A stretch of 61,988 bases of DNA, filler included, from Choristocarpus tenellus KU-1152 (lineage: Eukaryota; Protista; Phaeophyceae), in assembly GCA_964200185.2 (NCBI GenBank). It is 6 parts of 6 records of this genome, joined end to end, with 100 filler letters (N's around TTAATTAATTAA, not from the genome) between each part and the next. Parts side by side here need not be neighbours in the genome. Positions count along the whole stretch, not along the records: positions 49,973 to 54,583 come from CAXNAD020013802.1; positions 54,684 to 61,988 come from CAXNAD020006371.1; 4 more parts are not named here. The stretch is one strand, 5' to 3'. Below are positions 50,158 to 61,988 of this stretch, piece by piece (the stretch's first letter is position 1; the number at the start of each line of letters is the position of its first letter). The position numbers and the translations under genes are program-made. The notes beneath the pieces are model-generated. The model had not been told where the DNA came from. It did no database searches and saw only the letters and a list, made by a program, of their open reading frames with translations.

Positions 50158-52000
50158 CTTGTCAACACAGGTAATTTTAACCGTGGTCACTCCCGAAACC
50201 TTTCCAAAGAAGAACTCCTCATTCCATCGAGCATGCCCCCCCTTGTCAGTGGGAGAGATGAACTTGTTGCTCGTTCGGACCACTACGTTCCCACCCCCAA
50301 CCTGCCCCCCAAAGCCCGTGGATCTCACTGGGCTTCCCTCTCCTGCGCTTCCTCCAATGGCTGCCTTAACATACTGCAAATGATAACATAGGATGGTGTG
50401 CCCCAGAAAAAACAAAGCATATTGCCAGTCTGCACAAAATCTCAGCATCACTTGCAGCACGCAAAACTAGAGATGCAGGCCAAAAAAGGTCTTTGATTTT
50501 TCAAGACTGAGTCGCAGACAACTCCCACAATGTCGAATGTGTATGCTTTTCTCGGTCCATATATGTAACCTCAACAAGAGTCACATTGTACACCATTATG
50601 ACTATTGCATCTCTGTACAACAAAACGCCCGTCCCCTCACACAACACACCTGGGAGAACAGTCGACCGGGATCACCACTGGTGGCACTGAAATTCTCTAT
50701 CCCTACTTCAAGTGAGGCGACAATATTTATTGCATGGACAGCCCCTGTAGCCGCAGCAGATGCCACACCCAGGCTGTCACTGAGGAAAGTGGTCCATCGG
50801 GCCTTCCGTTCAGGTGCTGGAGGTGGTGACACTAGGTCAGTCCCTTCAATCACTTGAAAATATTACACGAGAAATACCACCATATTAGGGGTGGGGGGAG
50901 CGAGGAAAAACCATCAGCAAGGGTAGGGGTGTGTGTAGGATGAGATGAACCAGTCAATGTAACACATAAGTTCTAGATCTTCAAGAGCTCAGTAGAGGTT
51001 CAAACATTGAAGTGGAGGATATATGGAAATTGGCGTCACACTGAGAGGTGAAATTTGGATGGGAGGAGTAAATGACTAGATGGATGCGGCAGATGATGAT
51101 CGTGATCTGGTCATTACAAATTTTGATTCGGTGTTGCAAGATGTTGAAGTGCGTATGGTCTGCAGACTTTTCTTCTCTTTCCTGCCTCAAGACAAAAGGA
51201 ATACGGTATAGTTCGATGTATCCCACTACTCTTACGGAGCCATCTTCAGGGCCAAGATATGATAGGAAGAAGTAATGAAGACTAGCGGGAGAAAAGAGAG
51301 AAATACCCTTGAAAACACCATCCTGTCAGGTTCGCATTCAGTCCTTCTTCCCCACCCTCCCATCAACTTTATGCTGAAGCTTGCTTGTATGTAATGGATG
51401 CACCACAGAAGGTTTCTACGTCAAGCCTTGCCGAGGCTCAGCTCGAACATTCTACTCAATTTGGGACTCGATACGGTAATTGTGTCCTAGTCTGTCTCAG
51501 TAGTGTGGAGCACAATCTAACTTGCCTACACTCTCTATCAGTAACCGATCCTGGATGGCCTCCTAGTGAGAGCAATGATAGAGTAAGGGCAAGCTAGTGC
51601 TACCATTGAATCAACGTCATGGTGATATTAGGAAACCACAATTCCTCTCTGGGGTGGAGATTCTCGCGATGCAAATTGCATGCCGATCTAACAGGCACAC
51701 CGATTTGGAAGCAGGTTCTTACGTCCTCGTCGTAATAAAACACTTCAGTTCATTTTCACCCTCAGGACAAATAAGATAAGTGTATAGGATCCTCGCTGAT
51801 AGATCAGCCCATCTTCATCAAGATTTTACATGCAAATCCCCACCCTCATTTCATCAAGGATGTCCTTACCCTTGAAGAAGAGGGTCCCCCTTGTTGCCTC
51901 TCCTATTTCGGTTGCTGTCCGGTTAAGAGAAAGCGATCGAAGAGGAGGTACCTCAGCGTCAGAACGCCACCTGGCCATTGGCCGGGCTTGCATCGTGTCT
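50158..52000 (-). CDS. Partial multi-exon gene with a C2 domain (3' part runs off the contig)
   Basis: Exons 50852-50650 (IEGTDL...) and 50373-50158 (YVKAAI...VRTS...ARWNEEFFFGKVSGVTTVKITCVDK) have GT-AG boundaries and C2 hallmarks. A candidate first exon lies near 51990-51845; the exons in between are unresolved. Confidence 0.65.
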
Positions 52001-54544
52001 CCAACGCTACTTAGGTGCAGTAGTTCCAACAATGAATTCGGTTAGGAGACTATTGACAAGTAGGACTCGTGTAATGCGCTCGCCACACGCGCGTCAAGGA
52101 GTTTAAAAATGGTTTATTGAGACGTAAGTTCTGGTTAGAGGAAGCACATGACTCATTAGTTCTCATACTATGATGGGTGATGTGAGTGTGTCGAGTGAGG
52201 GGAGAAAGTGGTACTTCTTAGTTACAAAATTAACGGATGACCCGTGGGTTCCGTATCTCTACTCTTGTCCCCCTAATTATGAGAAAAGGGGAACGGAAAT
52301 ATATCTGGTAGTTACATAAATATATTATATACTGTTTGTTGTATTGGCAAAGAGACATGCCACCCAGGACGTCCTTCATCTGTCTGTACACTGGTCTCCT
52401 CAACTAACTTACTATGAAAAATTCCCATCGCAATTTTGACTGAAGGCCCATTACCTTTATTTGTGAGGGACCTACACAACTCGAAAGTAGGCTGATGCAC
52501 TGAATAAGATGTATTTAAATAATCCTATCTTTAAAATATTTGTCATTTGAAAGTTCATGGCGTTTCAATCCTCCATTTGTCGCGGTCACCACAACTACTG
52601 AAAATTTCCAATTAAGTCACAAGAACGATACGCGAGTGAGTGACCTCAATGTGGCTAAATGCAACACGGAGGACACTTGATCACTTACTTTATGTCCTCA
52701 TCCATCACTTGACCTCACTGTTGTTGTGATGATATAGTACTGTTTTAAAAGAGTATCCTGTGCCCTATCTCCTTTTCTCGCTCGAAGAACAGTATATATT
52801 ACACAATGGGAGACCAATCAATCAGTATTTACTCAAGGATACTATTATAGCTTCAAGAATCATGTAGAGGCCTGTCTGTCTAGCAGATAGATAGAGAGTG
52901 TGATACGACTTTTTGGATATTCCTATCTTCTTCGTAAGACTATCGGGCATCAGTTCCATTTGTTGTAGATATCAGAAAAAAATTAAAAACAAAAAATACA
53001 CGTATTGGTTCGGATGTTATTTTTCTTGTCCAGGAGTATTTTGGGAAATAATTCTACGTTCGAAAGGGTTGAAATGTAAAGAGAGCAAATGTCAAAGAGG
53101 TAATGGTGTGAACCTAAACAAAAGGAAATGGTCTCCACGAACCACTACAATATATGAATTCAACTTAGACCTGAAGTAAAACTGAACGATGTCGAACGCT
53201 ATTACCACTCCAGATTAAAGTGTTTGTTTGAAGTTTTCCACACATACATGATGCAATACTGTTGTTGCACGTTTTGTTGTACAAAACAAAACGTAGGGGG
53301 ACATGGTTACTTGTCTTGAATACATGAAATTCACAAATCCAATCTAGTAGTAACAGTCCCTACTTCATAATTTGGACCCCCTATTATTAATCCTACTCGT
53401 AACCGACCCCCATCTCCGCCAAAGTAAAAAACGACTTCAATACTTGGAATCTCAAGAAAAATAACATCGAAAGTATCACAAACTCTCAACAATTCCCAAA
53501 CCCACAATAACAAACCAGTTGCAAGGATGTATGTGATCCAAGGGGGACCCGCCACACAAAAGCTTGTAGCCCCCCAACGCCCCATCCCTGAGGAGGCCTG
53601 GGCTTTGGAGCAGGCATTGACCAAGTTAGCTGGCCAGCATCCAGTGTCACGGGCAGTGGACCTTGCACACCCACACAAGGGATGTGCTGTACTGGTGTGT
53701 ACTGGTGTTTCCAGATTCCTCTGATCAGTATTGGGGGTGCTTTATTTCCCAGGTGCCCTGGATAGAGGTCTATGGTGAAATAGGGGTGGAGGACATGACT
53801 TATGAGCCTTTGGCTTTCCTGAGCGTAGTTTTTCATTGGGTCATAACTCAAAGGGGCTACTATGGACAAAAGAAGGTATACCATCGTCTGTGCATACCAT
53901 CGCTTGGAAAGGATACTCTGGGGTGGGGTAAATATTTTTGTGATCGCAGGAGTTTAGTGTATACTTCACTCTTGGCTCTTGTGTCGCTGATATGTCCGAG
54001 GCTGCAGCACAGTGTCTCCTACACTGGGTCACATTTTCTAGGCTAGTAATTGTATACCATATAGCACATCGCTTGGTAACTGTCGCTCTGATGGTCGTTC
54101 GGAGTATGACAGGGATACTTTCTGTGGCGACATGGGATCCCACCCTAACTCAACAGGCAATAATTCAAGCAGTGCAAAAACGGGTAGAGGGGTCCTTAGG
54201 ATCGTAGTGACGGCTGCAGAGGAAATCATAACCCCTTTGGGCCGCATCACTCAATGGAGAAGGAACGATGCGTGTGGACGTGGGAGTATCAGCCCCTTTG
54301 TGGATGCCTGATGATGATCAGGTTGTGCAGAAGCGCCGTCTGGTATGTGTGGAAATAGGAGGAGCTGGACATCGTTGCAAGGTCGTGACAATGCAGCAAT
54401 TTAAGAAGCAATGCGTCTGGTCTTCTGTGGAAGCAGATGCAACGGATTTGTGAAGGATTGTTTGAACTGCATGGATTTGAAGGCTGGTGAGCATTTGCCC
54501 AGACCTTAAGGTAGACAGTATATGCCACAGGTACTGGGCATGTT

Positions 54545-54583
54545 GGCTCAAAGTATCTGGGGGGGTGGCGGCTGTCCATTTGG
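54545..54583 (+). mobile_element. MITE family B left end, truncated by contig end
   Basis: GGCTCAAAGTATCTGGGGGGGTGGCGGCTGTCCATT matches the start of 5944-6126. Confidence 0.7.
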
Positions 54584-54683
54584 NNNNNNNNNNNNNNNNN
54601 NNNNNNNNNNNNNNNNNNNNNNNNNNNTTAATTAATTAANNNNNNNNNNNNNNNNNNNNNNNNNNNNNNNNNNNNNNNNNNNN
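54584..54683. other. Artificial contig spacer
   Basis: N44-TTAATTAATTAA-N44. Confidence 0.98.
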
Positions 54684-55528
54684 GGGAAGTGATGCCTGCT
54701 TGCACCGTGTCAGTCAAGATTGGAGGGTGAGACTACAGACCCTCATGCCTGAACAGCACTTAGTCCCATGACAGCACTTTGAGGTGGACGTGCTTACTTA
54801 TAAGATGTTTCAATTCATATGTAGTCGGGGTATGGATACAATCAGTGCCTCTAGACACTGTAATTCACACCCCCACAAACTTGCCCAGTAACTTGCCCAG
54901 TGCATTTACACATTTGTGGTGCTATGTTGAAATTGTTTCCCTTCACTTTAGTTGGTAGATGGACATACATATGTACCAATGGTGGTCATACTTTGACTGC
55001 TTCTATTTGATTCTTTTTGTACTATTGGTTCTATACAGTGATAAGTGAGTCTTTGTACTATTGATTCTATATAGTGATAAGTGAGTGGTGCCCTTGTTCT
55101 TGATGATCATAGGCTCGTCCCTGCCCTAGCAGTGACGGTATATAATAACAGAAGAGGTATTAGGCACTCAAGTATATAGCAACTATATGGGATAGGTCTT
55201 TGCTTGTTTTGTTGGTTAGTCCTAGCAAATTAAATTAAATTTTGATACAAAACACACAAAAGCACTCACACTTTCCCTGCATGATGTCACTATGTGTGTA
55301 TATGTGAGTTGAGGGTGGTGGCATACTAGTCACACAGGAGGCATAATGAGTCCCTTCATTTTGTGTAGTGTGTTTGATTTGACTACTTGTGTCTACCTGC
55401 AACATGTACAGCAGTACTGATGACAGTTTTGTTCCTCTTCGACATGATGTAACCGACATTTTTTTTTTTACAATGCACTTGTATGGACTATTTTTATATT
55501 GCAACAATGATGTGTGCTACTTGGCAGG

Positions 55529-58500
55529 ACTCACTCTCTAATTTTTGATATGGATGTTTTGGACTGTGTAATGGGGTACATGGCTGAGGACTACAGGGTA
55601 TTTGCATCAGCTGGGACCATGGAGGGCTTGACACAGGCGAGCTGACAGGGAATGAAGGGAAATTTTATATTTGTGTGTTGTGGTATGTTAATGGACATGT
55701 AGCATTCCTTGTGCTGTCTATTAGGTATTGGTTGTTTAATGTCTATTATGTTTAATGAACGTTTATCGTCATTTAATATATTTACTAAAGAAACTTGGCA
55801 CATATATTTATTTTAGAAATAGCCCTAACCCTAACCCTAATTATATATATATAATAATATATATATATATATATATATTATTGCAGCACGAACGACAGTT
55901 ACGAACTCTTGAAGATGAGCTTAATGAGTGTAACTGAACCACTCATTAAGATGAGTAGCATGAGATTATACTATTTTAGTGTGGCTATCGATTAGTATTG
56001 ATACTAACACAGGTCATTGACGATTTTGGTCTAGCAGGGGCAAAGGGTCAGCTTCCCTGTCCACACCCAACATTACGAGATGAGTGGGGACTTGCTGATG
56101 AGGCGTGGTTTACCATTTCGACGGTGGGGCAAGAGGTGATGACAGACTTGATAAGAGATGTGCTTGTGAGTCGAGATTGTTCTCAACCACATGCCTATCA
56201 AAATACACGTTTTTGTTGACATCTACTTATGGACTGAGTAGTGGGGCAGGGGGAGAAGATTGGTACTAATGGCTAGTTTGCTTTGATTAGGGACCAACCA
56301 GGGTTAGGTTGGTGTAATGTAATGGGGAGGGGATAGGATAGGATGTGGTGGGTGCACTATGACCTAAGATATTTTCTTTCTTTAGAGTTGGTAAATGATG
56401 TAGGTAAAGTGATGAATTATAGCATTGTTTTCATTAGGGCATAAAATTCTTGGTTGAAATAATCACGTTTAATTTGAATTTGTAATTTGATTCTTTTTCT
56501 TTGATATGTGATGGTAATGGATGTGAGGTACAGGGTAACACTCTACGATATTCAACAGAGCATGAGAGTAAGATTGCAGTGGAAGAGATGAGATGAGCAG
56601 AATGAGCATGAGGTGTTTTCTAATGTATATATATATGTGTGTGTGTGTATAGGGTGAGAACATGCAATAACAAAAACAAAAACAAACCCTAACCTCTGTA
56701 TGATGCGGTAAGGAGGGATTTATTGCTTACATGGTCTGTTGCTGCCCTGGGCCAAAATTGTTCATTTGCAGGCATTTTATCTTGTCGGGATTTCAGCTAC
56801 ACGAGTTTGCTAATTCTGAAGATGGGGAGGCCAATTATTCAGTGGATCTCAGAATGTGCATGGCATGCACCACAGACCTCTCAGTTGTCGATTCCAAGGG
56901 GATCAAGATGTATCCCTTCCAGGTGATATTTGGCAGAGGTGCTGTCCCTTGGTTGCCTTGCCTCACTTGAGTGTTTTTTGTCTGTTCGGTATAGCATTCC
57001 TACTACTATATTAGTAATACTATATATGTAATACTATATAGTAGTACTTTATAGTAGTGATATTAGTAGTGTCAATAGTGTATTAATTGTTTGGATGGAA
57101 GGGGTTTTTTTTGTAGTTGAAAACTTTGACTAATTTATACCTAATATTGATATCTAATTACGCATTCAAGTACTTGTGTGGAATTGTCACCCAATATCAT
57201 GAATGCATAAATTGTTTTGAAGAGTTAGATCTCAAGAATCGAAGGCTGACTGAGGTTATGGACAGGTTCATTCCAGTTTAGTACACTGTGACAGGATTCG
57301 ACTGGTGTGGATTCTCACAAGGGTATATCAACTGTTGAAGTGTAAATCATCCTGAGATGCAAACCACTAGTCTATAGAGGAAACAAGGGTGTTGACAGTT
57401 CAGGACTCGAGTACTATAGAAAATATTTTTTGAGAACCATTCTGACCACTGTTGGATTTTGTCATATTTGATAGGTATAGGACAACGTAAGCCTGAAGTG
57501 GGTGCCAGGTTGACACACAAGGTGCTAGGTCTGTTTTGTCCCAAACTATCATGGGTAAGGCAGGTTCTAATTATATGTACCTCTGTGGAAGTGATGGTAT
57601 GGAGCCCCCAATAGTGTGCAGTATTTGTAAGTCAATAAATATCTCTTGTCATTGGAAACATAGTAAGGTCTCATGATCCAATAGATAAATGGGAGGAAAC
57701 ACATTTCTGATCAATAAGCTTGTTACCCTTGTTCAGTGCCCTGTCCTCCTGGCCCTCAAACTACATTGGCATACTTGATCACTCTACTGCCAAAATATTC
57801 TATAGACGCTCTAGAGAGAACCTCACAAGTCCAACACTTTCACACTCCCTCCTAAGAAATTCCAAGGAAAAAGTAGAAATTGGTAAAGTTGAGCTTTTGA
57901 CCAAGATTATTTTTCAGAATGAAGCTGTTGGATTTTTTGGCCGCTGTGATATTTTTTGTCCCAACTGATGTAGTAAATTAGCCCTCGTGGAGAGACAAGT
58001 TTTTGTCATTGAGCAGTCACTGCCCGGCGGTATATGTATCTGATAGTATATGTATCTGATAGTTAAAATGATTTTTTTTGTCAACATGCAGATTTTTTCT
58101 TGAATATTGGTCCAACCCCTGCCTGTGTGCACATTACAAAGGTGGAGCAACCACAAAAGGGGATCCTCTACATACTGGCAGCAAGCAGCACAAAAGATCG
58201 AGATGATTGGGTTGAGATGATCACCAAAGCATCCATGTTCAGGGTTAGAGATAGACAAGAAGATTTCGGATTGACCAGGAGGTATCTCAATTCTTCTAGG
58301 TAAGCTTTTTTTATTAATGAAATTGTTTCACATGGTGCATGCTATTTTCTACTTTTCAGGGTAAGGGTATATGGGGTAAGGATGAATAATGTTGATGTGA
58401 GCCAGGAGACTGCATTGTGTATGGGTATGTTAATATTTTTTTGTGCTCCTTATTTTATCGTTGGTTGGAACCTAATTCACACCCTCTCCTCACAGACATT

Positions 58501-59136
58501 GCAGGTGGAAAGACTTATTAATGTACAAAGAGTGTTGTGCCTATTCCTACAAATTTCGTCTTGCAGGGCGTTGAAATGATATTTGGCTATTCATTCATTG
58601 GTAAACGGAGGAAATGCTGTGTCCAAATATTGATAGATTGATAGAAGGAACTTCAATACCATTTTTTTAATCAACCTCTACCAGATACACAACCTTTGCT
58701 TTTTGGATATGTACCCACTTATGTGTATGTGAAAATGCTTTTACCGTTTGAGGTACATATGTTACTGCTCCATTCAGTTCCAATTTTCAAGACAGCTTGC
58801 CAATGAAAATGCTTCTCTGTAAGTCACTGATCCCTAGATCCTAAAAGATTTCTCCAGGAGGAAATCGATGTGCACACCTTGCTATATCCTTTCTTTGTTA
58901 TGCCCACAAATACATACGTGTGTATATGTGGTTGTTGGAATGTACTTATCTATGTTATTGACAGGCACACATCCCGGGCAAAGTTTATCTTAAGAGGCAG
59001 AGGGGGAAAGCGCTCAAGTTTGATTGTGGAAAATCCAGTGGGTGAAGAAAGGACAAGAGGGTTGTGGACATCATGGATATGGCCAAACAGAGAAGTAGAC
59101 GGACAACCAAATTCAACTTTCAATTCTTCCGAGTAG
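55529..59136 (+). CDS. 3' part of a multi-exon gene with a C-terminal PH domain
   Basis: Candidate exons ~55529-55636, ~56013-56135, ~56772-56922 (HFILSGFQLHEF...YSVDLRMC...YPFQ), ~58142-58299 (LYILAASSTKDRDDWVEMI, PH C-terminal helix with conserved Trp) and ~58964-59136 ending in TAG. Confidence 0.65.
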
Positions 59137-61988
59137 ATAGATAACAAGCAGTTGATTGTGGTACTGATCTTGACTGATGACAAGTCACTCACCAGCAGTC
59201 CTCTGCTAAACACGAGCCCCCCTTTTCAAATTTGAATACTCCGTATGTATGTTGAAAGTACGATCCCTGTTGTACAGTTTCGCTTTTGTCGGTTACAAGT
59301 TGGACAGACGTTGTTGACCATAGGTGTATTTTGCATTTTGTGTTGTAACGGAAAAGGTAGCAAAAGCCATGGGGCACAGTGCAAACATGTATTTTGTGTT
59401 AGGTGTTTTTTTATGACATTGGAATGCTTCTTCTCCTCTATTGGAGTTGTGCGAATTCCTTCTACAAGAGAGAGTAGTTTCTTGTACAGTACACTCTATG
59501 GCACACTGATCACTCAAGATAAAGTTTATTTCCGTCTCAGGTATCCAGTACCTGAAGGGTGCATCAACGACTGTATATTCCACTAGGCCGTACTTGATAT
59601 TTGTAGTTATCAGTGGTCCAGTAGTCCAATAGTTGCTTGTTACTGTGGCCTTATTCCACGTAGAGGGGAGTATTGTTGAGTTTCAAGGGTCGCAATATCC
59701 GCCTTGTGGTACATGCATCTTGGAACAGTGTGGAAGGCGATTTCAGCTAAAAAATGTTCAGAGTTATTACTCCCTTTTTTAAAGCTACACCCTACCAGGG
59801 GGGGTTGACCGTTTTTCACGCGTAGGCATGGCATCTATTGTACAAGTTTCGAAAATGCCATAATATTCTAAAGAGTCAAAATCGACCTCCCTCATAGACG
59901 CTCTCGTGATGTGTTTTCGCGATAAGGGAATGATCACATGTTTTCAACATCCTTGATTAGATGTTCATGTTTTCCAAGTAAAATGGTGTTACCTTTGTTT
60001 GATTGAGTAGGAATCTGTATCTTCCATCACTTGAACTCTCTCTTTGTCTATCTCTCTCTCCCCCCCTCCCTGGATCACAACATAGATCGCAATAATCTAG
60101 AACATCTACCCTACCAGTAGTGGCGATCAAGTTAGATCACACAACAATGATCCGTGCATTGTGGATAATTTGAGTTGGACTTGTGTATATTTTTCTCTGA
60201 AATATTTGAGCCAAACCAATTCAGAGGTATGTAGATTTAGACCTTTCGCGTTACAACCCATATTTCTTACCCTGTGAAATGCACTCATTATGTGTACAAC
60301 AGTGTATGTGTGGAAGTGTCAAGGCGCCAAGGTTCTCTGCACAAGGGGGCAATCACAATCACAAGACTCAACTCTTCCACCTCAGGTGTGAAACCAAGTT
60401 TCACAGATCTTGGGTCAACATCTCAAAGTTAGTTGAGGAAATCCAGAACAGAACAAAAACCTGAAAGCACAACAGATGTCCCAGAATGACTGAGCAATGT
60501 CACAGCAGAGAAATGGATCGGTCAGAATCGGAATGGATCTTTGTTCTGACAATCCTTTTGGCTGTTTGGTCAAATCCGGATCTTATGGGTGTGGTTGGTT
60601 TTTATAAACTGGTCGGTATGGGTGAGTGAGTTCCAATGACGTGGTTGGCGCGCACATAAGTATATGACCACGCGTCTTATCCACAAATGTGTGTGTTGGA
60701 GATCCTAAAAGAGGAACCTGCCCCTAACACATGGTAAATTTTTGTGTCACTTTGTGCTTTTAAAGGCGGAACATACATTTTGCGAAGGCTCTTTCTCCAA
60801 TTAATTGTTCAAAATGGGATAATTTTGCCCTTCTTTCTCAGAATCCTTAGAATGCAGCCCTGCCTACCTCTCAGTCTCCTTTCTGTAGTAGTAGCAAACT
60901 AGTAAATAGTGCCCAATAAAAATGAATGATCTGGTCAAGGAAGGTGCAAGACTACAAATAGATATGAAGTGGGATATATCGAGAATCAAGGATGAGAAAA
61001 TCACACAAAAACTATCCGGGTGCTTCTTGTGATTTTAAAATTCTTATTTGTATCTCAACAGCAGCTAAATAACTAAAATCAAAATTTAGAATATTAAATG
61101 TGACCCGTGGTTGGTCTTTGTCCAGCAAATACGCCTTTTTACCCATAATAGGGTCTACAAAGAAAGAAGAGTATCTAGAAGTTATTACTTGTACATTATT
61201 TCAAACTTTACGAGTTCACCTTCACATTACTACCCTCCCTCCATACTTTCCTCTTCAATCGCACCATGGAATTGACTGTTTCTGGTCACAATAATATCAT
61301 GCTCGTTAACTAAATAATGGCGAAGATGTTGCCATCCTACAAAATGTAGCACTTGGAATTAAAATGACGGTTGATTAGCAAATAAATGCTGCTGAAGGTA
61401 ATGATGGTGTAAGGGTTAGAGTTAGGCTTGTCACCTTGAAGATTTAACTAAATATATATCCAGTTGTGCATCTGATACACTTAGTGCAGGGTGAGTTTGG
61501 TGTCTGAGTGCGAGCAAAGCCAACTAATGAAAAAGAAGAAACATTGTATGAGAGACAATTGTGGCGCATACTATGTTGAAGAGATGTTGAGTGTTTCAGA
61601 TTGGTAAGAACTGTGCAGATTTAACAGTTATTCATGTTCATATTTTGTAGTACCAATAATATAAAAGTTGAGTAACGACCAGCACCGATGTGCGAATTAA
61701 TAGTTAGTATGAACTGATAATACTTCATAATATTATATTATTATGCCCTCTGACGTTTTGCAGATGTGTCAGGGGGAACACCAATGAATACTATACATAA
61801 TATGTCGTTATTAGCCCTAAAGAAATAAAATATCCTAAAGGTGAGAACACTATAAAACACTTTAAGTGTGGAAACCACTAATAATCTATCAGTTACTTCA
61901 CCACTATTAAATATTGTACTACTGTCTTACTGTGCTTCCCATCTACCTACTCCTGTATACCCCGGGGGGAGGAGCTAGGGAGGCATCC

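Noticed and set aside
53480-54540. Overlapping ORFs on both strands, possibly a decayed LINE
   Set aside because: No RT or endonuclease motif identified.
49973-59136. Joining the C2 and PH fragments into one gene, or clustering them with IDI-SQS
   Set aside because: They lie on different contigs separated by artificial spacers, so linkage cannot be inferred.

Overview
Eukaryotic, intron-rich genomic DNA, most likely from a photosynthetic stramenopile of the brown-algal lineage or a close relative (inferred from the IDI-SQS fusion, an Ectocarpus-like LRR N-cap and one-repeat-per-exon gene architecture). The window is six contigs joined by five artificial 100-bp N44-TTAATTAATTAA-N44 spacers, so adjacency across spacers is not evidence of linkage. 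Contig 2 (9031-34534) carries (i) a spliced gene fusing a RelA/SpoT-synthetase-like nucleotidyltransferase domain to an array of one-repeat-per-exon TPRs whose exons are far more divergent than their introns, (ii) an inverted decayed kinase exon and (iii) a probable LRR + helical region + TKL kinase gene. Contig 4 carries a complete 13-exon IDI-squalene synthase fusion. Contigs 5 and 6 carry partial C2-domain and PH-domain genes. Intergenic and intronic DNA has many copies of a MITE with 4-bp TSDs, a decayed LTR-retrotransposon protease, minisatellites and short interstitial (CCCTAA)n tracts. The best candidate for an undescribed system is the RelA/SpoT-like-TPR gene, which looks like a diversifying sensor fused to a nucleotide-signal or toxin enzyme. 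All exon coordinates and counts were read by hand and are not validated by RNA data.
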